Shown here: positions 12,939 through 25,780 of the stretch, piece after piece | How positions within the stretch are numbered: position 1 is the first letter of the stretch | Layout: each line of letters begins with the position of its first letter | DNA from: Takakia lepidozioides | Lineage: Eukaryota > Plantae > Bryophyta | DNA length: 64,000 nucleotides | Direction: 5' to 3' | Assembly (NCBI GenBank): GCA_030704615.1 | Contig: CM060733.1 | Span: forward strand, 57,040,001 to 57,104,000 | The notes under the pieces: generated by a model | Told to the model about the DNA's origin: nothing | Databases searched by the model: none | The model's input: only the letters and a program-made list of their open reading frames with translations | Position numbers and translations under genes: made by a program

Positions 12939-13487
12939 GTGCCAACATACTTGAAACGTGAATACCCAGGAGACTACGGATGCGATCTGTTTCGCTTTTG
13001 CAAAGATGCCAACAAGTTTGCAACCCTCCGCGCACAAGAGCTGCTCAATGGCCGATGGGCCATGCTTGGGGTGCTGGGGTGCCTGGTACCAGAGCTCATC
13101 TCTTCCAATGCAACAGGTTTTGAGCCTGTGTGGTTCAAAGCAGGGACCCAAATTTTCAGTGACGCCGGGATTGATTATCTCGGCCTTCCCGGCTTCATTG
13201 ATGCCCACAACATCTTTGTTGTGGCTGCCGTGCAAGTCCTTCTGGTGGGGGGTGCTGAACTGGCCCGCTCCAAGGCTGCACCTAAAGGTGTGGATGCTCT
13301 GTATCCAGGGGGCAAGGCGTTTGATCTACTAGGCTTTGCAAATGATGCCGAGTCACTTGCTGAGTTGAAAGTGAAAGAGATCAAGAATGGAAGGTTAGCA
13401 ATGTTGGCAATGGCAGGTCTGTTTGCACAACGTGCCCTCACTGGCGTAAGTCCTCTACAGAATTTGCGAGACTTGATTAGTTTGTGA
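12939..13487 (+). pseudogene. Light-harvesting chlorophyll a/b-binding protein, Lhcb9-like; N-terminally incomplete, probably degenerate
   Basis: PGDYG.D, ELLNGRWAMLG, PVWFKAG.QIFS..G.DYLG, LYPGG.AFD.LG and ELKVKEIKNGRLAMLAM motifs. In-frame stop at 12879 and no transit peptide. Conserved W and P residues are replaced (DYGCDL, FDLLG). Confidence 0.85.
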
Positions 13488-13770
13488 GTAAATTAATATT
13501 GCCTTCCACTTTCTCCACATAAGAACTAAATCAATGCTCGAAAACCTCTATGACAGATCTCGAGGGTAGGGAGAAAAAGGATGAAACAAGAGCCACTTGC
13601 GATACATTTGCGGAAAGATTCAGCCCTTGTCCCCGCCATCGCCATCATCGCTCCTCATCGCTGCTCTGAGACTCACTCCGCCACAACCGTAATGGATGAA
13701 CACGTTCATCCATTCATGAGCTCTCTTTCTCTCTCCACTCTCGAGCGTCACGAATGACAACAAGCATTCT

Positions 13771-14452
13771 AAATTTCGCCTTCAGCAGTTCTGCATCTTC
13801 AATTGGATGCCCGTGGACTTCAGCGTCGCAGAGTTTTCTGTCCAGGTACATGATCTGGAGATCTTACTTTGTGACTCTCTTTTCACTCTCCTAATAAATT
13901 TCGCCTTCAGCAGTTCTGCATCAGGCTATAGCGTCGTAGAGTTTTCTGTCCCAGGTACATGATCTGGAGATCTTTATTTATGACTCTATTTTCACTCTCC
14001 TCATAAATTTCGCCTTCAGCAGTTCTGCATCAGGCTATAGCGTCGTAGAGTTTTCTGTCCCAGGTACATGATCTGGAGATCTTTATTTATGACTCTATTT
14101 TCACTCTCCTCATAAATTTCGCCTTCAGCAGTTCTGCATCAGGCTATAGCGTCGCAGTGTTTTCTGTCCCAGGTACATGATCTGGAGATCTTTCTTTGTG
14201 ACTCTATTTTCACTCTCCTCATAAATTTCGCCTTCAGCAGTTCTGCATCAGGCTATAGCGTCGCAGTGTTTTCTGTCCCAGGTACATGATCTGGAGATCT
14301 TTCTTTGTGACTCTATTTTCACTCTCCTCATAAATTTCGCCTTCAGCAGTTCTGCATCTACAGGCTATATTGGATGCCCGTGTACTTCAGTGTCACAGAG
14401 TTTTCTGTCCAGGTACATGATCTGGAGATCCTTCTTTGTGACTCTATTCTCA
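13771..14452. repeat. ~109-bp tandem repeat, ~6 copies
   Basis: aaatttcgccttcagcagttctgcatc...caggtacatgatctggagatc units start at 13771, 13897, 14005, 14114, 14223 and 14332. Confidence 0.95.
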
Positions 14453-17024
14453 CTGGAACTCTATTTCACCAAATGCCAAATACTCCTCATCAGTCTGATA
14501 TGGATTTATGGTCCAAGTTTCTTTCTCTCCTTACAACTGCGACGCAATCGTTGAAAACAGTGCCATAGACACCTATCCCACTAGATGAGCGGAAGGTTAA
14601 GCCCTAAATGACTCAATTGGAACAACCTTTAATGGAGGTTTTAATGCTTGGTTTTGTGGATTGTGATCTGACAGTGTGCTTCATTCTAGCAATATGCTGA
14701 ACAATTGACAGTATGCTGAAGAAACAGCTGAGTTTGAAAATAGCCTAAAACCACCTAACAAGCCATGTGCAGGGTAAAGTGGAGGGCGCAGCTGACCAGA
14801 AGTCTTAGGCCTCCATCTTTGGTAAGTGTTTATGTCTCAAGAAATCAATAAGAGAGATTGTTTGCAGTGGTAAGAATATCTCATAGTTTAACTTATGATA
14901 ATACTACTCAGAAATTTTATATTCAACTACACATCTGAACTGTTATTTGGATACCTTATCACCTTTGAGTACCCTTTGAATACCATGTCATTGTACTAAG
15001 TCTGAATGCATGCCTCCTACAGAGTGTGGAGGCACGCCAAGGAGATGTTTGGGCTTTCTTTAGACACCCCAGCAGATTTCAGTACCCACATCTGTCTGGG
15101 GTGTGATTGTGCAGACTGCGAGAGTCTTCGGTGGCGCCTTAGAGTGTGTAGACGTAGGCACCTCTTTAACAGACCTGTATGGTTATGTTTATGTAGGGAA
15201 CCTGGGACCGTGAGGCCCCGTAGAAGACGGCGATTTGCCCCTGCCCCTGCTCCTGCCCTGGCCCCGGCCCCTGCCCCTGCCCCTCTTGTCCCCATTCCTC
15301 TTGTCCTCATTCCTATCCCCGCTGACCGGCCTGTCTCACTATCGGACTTTGCTATCCCGAGGAGAACTCAAGAGAAATGAGCAGCTTTGGGCAGAAATCA
15401 GCTATGGGAATCATGTTTAGTTGCCACTTCTGAAAAGCAAAATTGGGACTTGTAAAGTAGAATTGCAAGTGGAATGTAGTCTAAATGTGGGTGACTGTGA
15501 CTACAATAAAGGTTTAGTGTTAAGGAGGATGGTTGAGGGACGAGTAGTTCTCACATTTTACCTCGAATTATGGATGCTCGCGAAGAGCGACAGGGTATTG
15601 AGGAGATAGATACTTAGGCATTTGTGGTTCTTCAAGAGCTGCTGACATTATGGGAGCCTCCTCTTTTCAATCTGGTTTTGGTTCTTAGAGAAGCTGACTA
15701 TGTAGAGGTAACAACGAATGAAACTTGGGAAATTGGGTATGATCTGAATTAAATCGGTGTGTACAGGAAACAAATTCAGACCACTGGTGTGTTGTGCAGA
15801 GAGAAATGAATGCATGTCCTGTGATTGCAGAAGAAGCTATTGTCATTTGTCTTGGGGAATGATCTGGATTACCATATTGAGTCACTTGTCATGTTGAAGT
15901 GGAAGGGCGGACCGTGAGCTAGAATATTAGAGATGAAAGAGTGGCTTGTTGAAGAGAATAAAAGTTGTTGTTATTTGATGTGCTGTATAATCTTCTTGTC
16001 CATTAATAGATGTTAGTCACAATTTGCATAATGCCAGGGCTGTGCTTGTTGAAATAGAGAAGGAGAAGGAGAAAAAGCTTAGTGAAATCATAGAGGGTCT
16101 GCTAGGATGTTTGGGGATTCAGTTACATGCACTAGGGTCTTCTCTTTGTCTCACCCATTTTCACAAAGAAGGTAACCAAGTTCATCTCTTCACAAACCAT
16201 CTCTATCTTTTTCAGTGGACGTTATAAAAAATTTCTACTTTTATTTCTTGCAATGCCTTTTTATTTTTTTCCTTTCTTTACGAGGCAGGGGTAGTGCTCT
16301 GAGCATGGCGGGGGTAGTGCGCAAATCAGATTTGTTGTGGATATATCCCTTAGGTGTTAGCCTTGTAAAGATGGCAGAGAGAGACGAAGATGAAGACGAA
16401 GATGAGGTTGAAGAGCCCCACGCCTGTGATTCAAGCACGCCTGTTCACGATGGAAGCTGAGGTGAGCGATCTCTCTTTTTATTCCTTAACCACCTCCACC
16501 CTCAGTTCACCTTATTTGTGTGACTATACAGAAGCTGGTCTTAGATAATTTGAAAAGTTTGTCGAGTTTGCAGTTAGCAGCCTTTCACTGACACGCCATG
16601 TCGATATATCATATGGCATCTCAACCTTAGGGATCAACCAAATGTAGTCCAAGGAGAGTGCTCAATTTCTTAGTCCCGATTCCCTTATCCGCTTCCATGG
16701 TATGTTTGCATTCATGAACAAGGATATAGTTGACTTGTCTCATACTCTTAGATTGACTGTCTACTGTGAGAATTGCAGCTGCTCTAAGATGATGAAATAA
16801 AAGCGTGTTGCATGAATTCACAGCAGAAGTATGGCCAAGCATGTCCAGTCAGAAGACGTTTATCTGTATGTTGAGTGAGCTTCACCTCCCCTTCCACCTC
16901 CACCCTCCCCACCACCTCAGCCCCCCTCTAGCTCTGTCCCTCCCTCATCATTGTAATTTTGTCATAGGGAGGTCCTGCAACTATTTGAAGGAATGCAAAA
17001 GAACGGCTTGAAGCAGTATGTGTT

Positions 17025-17247
17025 CTCTCTGCATGCAGCCACACTGGCCTTCTGAATGAAGGTAGACGCTACTTCGATTCCCTGATTCAAGATCATGGTG
17101 TCACTCCGACAGTTAAGCACTTTGGCTGCATGGTGGACCTTCTTGGATGTGCGGGACAACTGGATGAGGCAGTGGACCTGATTAATAAAATGCCAATCAA
17201 TCCAGATGTTGTGGTGTGGAAGGCCTTGTTTCGTGCCTGCAGAATCC
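17025..17247 (+). pseudogene. PLS-class PPR fragment (L2/S2/E1 region)
   Basis: ACSHTGLLNEGRRYFDSL...HFGCMVDLLG.AGQLDEA.DLINKMPINPDVVVWKAL..ACRI. Isolated. Confidence 0.85.
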
Positions 17248-18539
17248 TTATTACTGACACTCTGCTGATGTATTCTGGTGGGCTGCTGGGTTGGCTGGCA
17301 AGGCTACAAGCTGCAGGACTAAGGGTGAGTTGTCTCTGCCATGTTGACATCCATGCATTATTGTTATTATCCACAACTTAGGAGGTGGTTTCCAATATTT
17401 GCAAGACACCACCACACCTTCATAGGTGACATATGCTTAGTGCTTTCGGCCTGCACATGGTGTCAAGCTCTAGCTGAGTTCTCTGTGCCTTCCTGGGGCC
17501 ATTGGTAGTAGCTGAATTAAGATGTAAGCTTTTATTGAAACATTGCTACTACCTACCTACCTACCTACCTACCTCCTACTTGATGCCTGAGATGTGAATT
17601 TTCCTGAAGCTGTCTAGGGTTTTTCATGATTGAACTGCTGATAAGGAGACCTGATTGGAGGGGCTATGGCCTGCAGGAGGAGAAAACTCAACAACTCCTT
17701 ACCTCAGGTGCCATAGCACGGGCTTCTTCCTCATCAGAATATGCTTGCGTTCTGTGAGGGCTGTGGGGAGAGGTTTAGATTGTTGGAGGCAAAATTTTGC
17801 GCTCACTGTGGACTGCCACGCAATGCAGCGATGGTCCCTGTGCCCTCCCAGGTATTTCAATTCGTTAAAATGTCATTGCCTGCACACAGTGTGTGTTCAT
17901 AGCAGTGCAACCAGAGTGCTGAGGTCAATTTTGCCACATTTCGTTTGGAAAATGTGATAACCCTGTGAAGGCCATTTTTCTCCTACAGTGGGGCTGATTT
18001 GTACATGATTCACAATGGCCTTTCAAAGCAAGAAAACTGTGATTCTTATCATAGTCTGAGTGGGAGGTTGATTTCGCCTGTTGTAAGTGACAGCTTCTTG
18101 TGTGGTCGACAGTGGCACACTAGTTATGGCTGTAGTTAGTGAGAAAACATTCATACAGTAGCATGCGGATTTACACTTGCAGTAATCTGTGACGAACCAG
18201 CCAGGTAAAGTTTTAATTTAATGAGTTACATTGAGAAGTTTTTGCTTGCCTTTACCTCTCTCTCTTCTTTCTCCCTCTATGTGGTCCAGGGCTGTTGAAG
18301 GTTTTTTAAACAACTTTCTGGTGGCAATATTGGAGGTCCCAAAGGGCAGTGGTAAAGAGTTCTTGGGAGTCAATGAAGGCCAAAGTACTTTCTGCACACA
18401 TCTATCCCACCATGGGAGTGGCCATGGGAGTGTAACTTATCTCCATGACCCATTAGGGCAAGCTCTGCCCATGTTAGGGGGTGTCTCGCTCTAATGTTTC
18501 TGCCTCATATATGAGTTTTCTCTGGACGGTCTTTTGGAG

Positions 18540-18710
18540 TCTGAGTCAGATATGAAGAGGAAGGTCAGTGATAAAGGGGTGCGGGTCTTCCAGCTGAGTG
18601 AGGCAGGGCTGAAGGCATTAGGGCAGTGTGGCACCCTGGAGGCCGTGAATGCAGGCCAAGCTGCAGGTGTCACTGATGCTGCAGTGTACGCCTTGTGTGA
18701 AGGCAACCCG
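18540..18710 (+). pseudogene. Leucine-rich repeat fragment (F-box/LRR type)
   Basis: VSDKGV...LSEAGLKALGQCGTLEAVN...GVTDAAVYALCEGNP, with AMN1/FBXL-like periodicity. Confidence 0.45.
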
Positions 18711-19744
18711 ACTCCCAAATCTCTGGTATTTTTACCCACCTTTCTGGTTTGTCTTCTGAATTTGTTGTGAAACTATAGGTAGTATCTGCCGCATGCAATG
18801 CATCATAGGTGTCTACTTACCATTCTAGATCATTTTGTTGTTACTCTATTGATTTACAGATTTGAGTATAAAGAATAAAGCTTTAATTCTGCCCTCTACC
18901 CTAGTGGCAAACATTGTATCATACTGATGAGGAGATGATGCCATTGTCGTGCCCACATCCACAGGCAGTACCACTACTCCAACCACTCCAACCACAAGCC
19001 ACAAGTACAGGTGATTTGCACATACACACCTGTGGTCTAGATAAACTATATTCTTGGTGCCTTTGTTGTTTTTAGCTATTCTTGTATTTAGAGTTCTCAT
19101 TCTTTTTTGGGTGTAAAGGTTTGCTTGAGAGGTACCACGGGTCAGAAATCCCTGCTCCAAGATCTTTGGAAAAAGGCCCCCAAATCTACCAAAGGAGGAG
19201 CACTGTCACTATGGAAGATCTTACCTGAGGAAGTTTTATCCCAACCAGTGGAGGAACTACAATCTGAACATGCGGTGTGTTAGGATGTGGTTTAGCAATA
19301 GGGAAGACCCACGAGTCAGCCATTTTTTTACAACAAACATGCGTCATAATGAATCATTGCAAAACGAGGTGAAGGCCTTTATTAGAGAACGGGAATCAAC
19401 TCTTGCTGGATTTCTATTCGACTGTCAAGGCACAACCATCCAAATGAGATGGAAGACCGATGACATATATGAGACATTCAAAGAGCACAAGCATTTTGAA
19501 AACAAGAAGGCTACTGCTTGCAAGGTTCCCTCGGCCAGTTTCTTCAAGTTCGGGGGATCTAATCCAAGGAGGTTACAAATACTTGTAGTAGCTCATCAAG
19601 GCACCTGGATCTAGCAAAAATTCAAAGGGCTGTCCTGGTTTCAACTGTGGAAAAATAGGCCATATCAAAGCTGACTGTCCCTCGGGGAAAAGGAAAAGAT
19701 CCCCAGTATCAGGAGGCTGCCGAGGTCTTCTCCTCCAGCAGTCT

Positions 19745-20260
19745 GATTGTAAAGTAATTACCTTCCTCATCTATGGGGAGTCTTATGAAGTCCGGGATTG
19801 TGTCTTCCTCCGGCAATATGAGCACCATTTTTGCAAATCCATTATCATTTGGCCTTGATGCTATTGTGGCATGTTTCCATGCCGGGTACTTTCTAATGCT
19901 GTCAGTGTTCATGAGCGGATCAAACACTCCCAGGCAACCCAGAAAGGATCCAAAGTGGTTGGCAATGTCAGGGATGTTGAGAAGATACTGGTCTGGAATA
20001 TACGGAAGAGATACTATTCTTGGACCCCCACAACTTCCCATTTTTGTGTCTCCACTTTGTTGACCATGGAAAGATATTTATGTTAAACCCCAGCAGGTGT
20101 GGGTTGATCTGGAGGGCTTTTGCCGCAAATTGCATGGAAAAGAAGCCTTCCCCCCCCTCCCACAGGGAATCATGGCTACTCTTGTGCTTGAAATCCGGCC
20201 CTCTTGGATGAATCTGGACCCACACTCCACCGCTACTCCTTCAGCTCTCCATGCCTTGGC
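19745..20260 (-). mobile_element. Opposite-strand LINE ORF1 (DUF4283-like) fragment
   Basis: GEGFFSMQF..KAL...P..LG..INIFPW and VSLPYIP...IANHFG...IPDFIRLP on the minus strand. Confidence 0.5.
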
Positions 20261-21989
20261 ACCAATCATACATAGATCGTCCCTTGGCGACTAGCAGCTA
20301 CCAATGACACCCTCACATTTTTCTAGCAAACACCCCAACCCTACGTATCACACACTAATTCCTATGCTAAATTGCTCCCAAGACTCTAGAAATGTGTTCG
20401 GGGGAGAGATTGTACTCATAGGACGTTGTTTGCCGTAGAATGGAGGAAAAAAGACGCCCTCCCCCCAAGCTGGGCAAAAGGAGGCACACGGAAAGATAGC
20501 CCAGAACACAGACCTGCTGCAGATCAGTCCAATGCCAAGGGAACCAAGGACACATGGACAGCAGTCAGATCCCATGTATCTCAAAGCCGGGAAGATGCTC
20601 CCACCAGCACACAAAGGGAAAGGAAAATGCACTGAGCAGGGGAGGGAAAGGCAACCCAAATCCCAGAAGGCTGGCCTGGAAACCGGAATTGGATCCAAGG
20701 GGCATTTACAGAAGCATGCAGTCAGGCATTGCCACCAACCCAATCCTGGCCAGATTGTGCCTCACAAGACTCAACACATACCCCAAACTGATCCTAGGGG
20801 GATGTTCACAGTTGGACTCGGACGATATCCCCAGGGCATCTTGTGTTACTCCCTTGATCTTCAGGAAAGGTAAGCCTCCCTCCATTCTTATCTCCTCTGG
20901 AAACATAGAATGCCTGGAATCACTATGGATTACCATAGCGGATGTCAAGGCCTTCATTGCCACATGTCCGCCAAATAGTGACCCACACCCTATGATAAAG
21001 GAAAAAATACATGAGTTCTTCAAAACCCACCTCAAGCACTACCTCATCACTATATTTTCAACGATCACTTGGGGGGCATACAAGGAAGTTCACCCGGGCG
21101 TCACAACTAAACCTTCCACTCACATCCTGGCTCTTCTTGAGGAAGCAGAGGTGTATCATACCCCTGCCCCTCCAGGAGCGCTATGGATTAATGAGTCGGC
21201 GCGTATCAGGGTTTGGGGGCAAGGCGGTTTCAAGATCAGGACAAGAGATGCACTGCGCAACACCTTCACCTTACTCTCAATGAGGCTAGACGTGGAGATG
21301 GAAGAGGAGAACCACCGAATGGAGCTGCAGAGAACCAGGGAGCAAGTGGGAGGTGCAAGACTGACCACAGCCTCTTCTTCATCAGTCGACTCAGTATCAG
21401 GGGGAGCTGGAATGGCCTCATCACTAGCCCCCTTACATCTGGAGATTCAGTCCAAAGGTAAGAGAGAAGCCTCTCCACCGCCTGCAACTCAATCGCATGA
21501 ACCCATCCAAACCCAGGTGCAGCCTCTCACCCTTCCTTGTTTCACTTATCAGCCAATTGCAAATGATGCGAAGAGATGTTGGTTGCTTTGTAGGAAGCCT
21601 AGACTGCGTCATAAGCCTGCGCATAGACAATCTCTACCTGCCATCCTCATCCCCCCAACACAACCAGGGGAGTCAAAGCATCCCCTGGCCAACATGAGAC
21701 ATATCATCCACCAAGCCTTGCCCCAAGGATCGCTACATGAACGAGTTATCCCCTCATGTATCACTACCAACATCCCCAACAAAGACCAGTTTCAGATGCA
21801 CCCCAACCCTGTGCAAGAGGACCCACTGGAGCTATCTCTGGTGGCCATGATCAAAATCAAAAGGCAAGCCCAAAGCCCCCTGAAAACTTCCTATGGGTTA
21901 AATCATTGCTGCCATGCGACAAACGAGTTAGATTCTTCGTTCACAGGCCATCAATTGGGTCCCTTGACCACAGCCTGCCAACACTGCCA

Positions 21990-24900
21990 GATGCAAATTA
22001 ACCTTACGTCCTGGAACGTAAGGGGTCTGGGCTTGGACCCTTCCTCCCTCAAAAGAGTAAGGCTATCCTCATACCTTAGCCCCTTAGTCAACCAGACAAC
22101 CATAGTCTTCATTCAAGAGCACAAACATTAGGCCAAAATAGACAATCTTATATGGCCAAATTTTTTATCCTTGTGGAAACCCACCTCGGAGGGGACTTGA
22201 GGAGGAACGGCAATGCTTTTCTCGCCAGCCACTCATACTCTCATCCTCTCGGAAGAATCTTGGATATCTGGTAGAGCCTAGTTTTGTTCCTTAGCCTTGC
22301 CAAACAACCTTGGCACACTGGGGTTAGTAAACATTTATGCCCGGAATAGTACCCAGGAAAGAATAGCTTTTGGTCGGAACTGAACACCAACATGATGGCC
22401 AACAGGGCATCACCAATGGATCGTTGCTAGGGACTTCAATATGGTGGAGCAAGCCACAGATAGAAGAGGCCTGGGATTGGCGGGACAGCTCTCAGAGGAT
22501 GTGGATACATGGCAGCATCTTGCCCAAAACCATAACCTGGTAGAGACTGACTGGATCCATCAGCAGACAGATAGGGCCAATCAGCCATTCTTCACATGGA
22601 CAAATGGTCGGGATTTATCTCACCTAAACATGGCAAGACTGGATAGGATATATGCATCAGTAAATATCATCCAGTGGTCACCCCGAAATAACCAAGAGCC
22701 CATTCCAGTGGGCTTTGACCCGGCGCAGGTCTCAGCCACAATATCCATCCCAAACTCTCAAGCTAGAGGGAGAGGAATCTATAGGCTGAACGCCTCCCTC
22801 CTCTCCATCCCAGCCTTCAAACATGGATTAACGCTAGCTTGGGCTCAAGCGGGGAATGGCTCTACCAACCCAGTCGACAGATTCCTTCTCAAGCCTGAAC
22901 GCAGTAGCAGCAGCAGCCAGCAAGAAGCTTAGCAAACAAATCACGGAGGAAGCCAGGAAGGAAGTTCCAAGCCTTGACGAAATGCCTTAAGGTTTGCCAA
23001 ACCAGAATGGAATCCCCTAGATGTGACGAGCCTACTTACCAAATGTATCTGGAGGCAAAGAAGAATATGGAACTCTTCCAATCACTCAAGGAAGAGAGGC
23101 TTAGGCTCCACGCTGGTATAAACTGGTCAACAAAGGGTGAGAAGATGACCAATTTTTTTTTTATAAAGCCAGGCAGAAAAGAGTGGCCCACTCGATCGCG
23201 GAACTCAAGGACCCTATCTCCGGCCACTCAGCAAAAACTCCCAAGGAGCTGGCGGCACTGGCTACCAGCCACTTCAGGAGCCAGTTTCACAGCGATTCGA
23301 GCTGCCACCCCCTAACCCCAGAGCAGATCCAAAGCCTAGATCACACCCCTAAACTGATGCATCCTTCGGAGGCCCAGTCGCTGGATGGTGAATTCACAGA
23401 CATAGAATTGCAATCCGCCTGCAGCCCCACCTCCCAGCCATCATTAGACCAAGCCAAACTGGCTTCATTAAGGGCAGATATATACTAGATAACTTGTTGT
23501 TGGCCCAAGAAATTCCAGTCTTTGCAAAAAAAAACCAACCAGGCTATTGCAATGCTCCTTCTTGACTTTGAAATGGCATTCGATAGAGTGGAGTGGTCCT
23601 TCCTACTCGGGGCACTCCACAGGGTGGGAATTTACTCAGGAGTTCTGCTTAAGGGTTCAAACACTATTGTTGGGGTCGTCCAGCAGGGCTCTCCTCAACG
23701 GGCATCTATCCAAGTCATTTCCACTGCTCCGGTCGGTACGCCAGGGGTGCCCCCTGTCCCCCTTCCTCTTCATTATAGCAGCAGACACGCTGGGCCATAT
23801 GATGGAGGCAAGTCACCATATCGCAGATCTTCATATTACAAATCACTTCACTAGACAGCCGCAGCAAATTAAGGAATCCATGTTTGTAGACGATGCGTTC
23901 CTAGCTTTACAGGCCACACACTCCAATCTAGATAATGCCAACAGTTTACTACAAGCATTCTGCCAGGCCTCTGGATTCAAGGTAAATTGGGGCAAAACGT
24001 GTGCCCTTCTCGTGGGAGAAACCTCGGCCTCAACTCTGGGAGTTGACCCAATTTGGGGGCAGGATAAAGGTCTTAGATGGCTGAAACCAGGACAATCAAC
24101 AACCTTGCTAGGTTACACGTATGGCATAAATCTATCAGATTACTAAGCACATTGATGTGCAGTACCATATGCTACGAGATTTTTTGAGGCAACGCAAACC
24201 AAATTTAAAACCAAGCTGGCTTATTGGGGCAGCTACCATTTGTCTTTAACTGGTAGGGTGCTGGTAGCCAATCAGGTCCTATCAGCTGGCCAATGGTATT
24301 TTGCCTCAGCATGGAGGCCCAACGAAATGCAAGTGAATGAAATGAAAAAGCTCCTGCGTAACTTTGTCTGGGGGGCAAAGCACCCCTCAGAGAAAAAAAG
24401 GCCACAGGTGTCGTGGAAGCAAATATGCCTACCAAAGAAGAAAGGGGGACTGGGCATTATAGACCCACAAACTCAGTTTACTGCACTCCCAGCGAAATGG
24501 ATCCCAAGATTTATGGGACCAGAAGGAGGGCCTAGTAAGCGACAACATTGCCTTGGCCTCTCCACTGAAGATGGTTATCTGGAACCCTTCTTATAGATGG
24601 ATGGTTAATGGGTTCAAACATAAAAAGGTCGGATCCCCCCTGTGGACGGCAATTTGGCAGGCATGGGCCAAGCTCAAGCCCTATCTTACGAAAACAGACC
24701 CAGAATCGTACGAAGAAACCCTCCGCCAATCCATGTTTCTCATACAAATCCCACATACAAATCACAAAAATCAGGCTTGCAAATGGTCTGCCTGGGAGGT
24801 GCATGGTATTCATAAGGTCAAACACATCGGGTTGAATGCCAACTTCCGGTCTAAAGATCAAATTGTAGCCTCCGTAGGTGCAGTCAGAGCCACCAAGTCA

Positions 24901-25780
24901 TACGCTACTATTCTCCGATCAGTGTCTACACTGTGGCTACCTAACCTTATTAAAGGCCCAATAATGCCCAATGACACTTTCTGGACGCTGGGAATAATCA
25001 ACAGCACTATTACCATTCTGTTTGTCACCGGAAAAACCGAATACCAATTCTTCGGATATCACTTTCACTGCGAAGTGAACTCCATGAGGCTTACCCTTCA
25101 AAAACGCCAACCCCTAGCCACCCCTCGTTTCACCCACACCCCCATGATGGTCATCCCCAGCTAAGGAGATGAACCCTCTCCCACCGCTCACCTCTTCCCT
25201 CATTAGCTGGCTGCCCAGCCAAACATTTGTTTGGATTGGTGGGAGACCCCTACAGGATCTGGACATGGATCCCAAAGAGTGGCAATGGAATTTCAGGCCA
25301 TCCCCCAAGCCATTTTAGCATATTCGGCATTGCTGAACCCCCAGCCCCTTTTAGGTAAATGGACGAAAGATGGAGTCACCTGAACTTCCAGTTTGAAAAC
25401 CGGAACTCCATCTGGGGACGATCTGGAACAAAACAAGACCAGCCAAGGTAGCAGCGTTTCTCTGGCAAATAACGAACAGGGCAATAAAAGTGGGGGAATG
25501 GTTGGGTTTTGATGCGGCCCTCCTCTGCAAATGTTGTTCGGCTGCTCTAATGGAAACAGTAGAGCACTGTCTGCTCCATTGTCATGGAGTAGCTGCAGTT
25601 TGGCCCCTCGTCGCAAGCTTCTACAGAACCTGGGGACACATAAACCTCACATCGGCGGCCATTCTGCTGAATTATGACCCAACAACAAAAACAAAAGCCA
25701 ATCACTGCCCAGTTTACGATACTCTTAGAAGCGCTACGCTCTGGCACCTCTGGAAAATCAGAATGAGAAACAAACTTCAA
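21990..25780 (+). pseudogene. LINE ORF2 (APE endonuclease, reverse transcriptase, zf-RVT) with many lesions
   Basis: SWNVRG, QEHK, DFN, RLDRIY (EN); LDFE.AFDRVEW, VRQGCPLSP, FVDD, SGFKVNWGK (RT); KKKGGLGI; C..C....ETVEHCLLHC. RT N-terminus partly deleted near 23450. Confidence 0.9.
24141..24182 (+). other. 42-bp Copia-derived filler inside the LINE ORF2
   Basis: Matches the reverse complement of 44805-44846 (TKHIDVQYHML) at 40/42 nt. Confidence 0.85.

Noticed and set aside
13691-13714. 11-bp-stem palindrome aatggatgaac-ac-gttcatccatt
   Set aside because: Single short occurrence with no supporting structure such as a Helitron CTRR end.
15006-15380. Pro/Ala-rich ORF
   Set aside because: Driven by a (cctgcc)n low-complexity tract; no family assignable.
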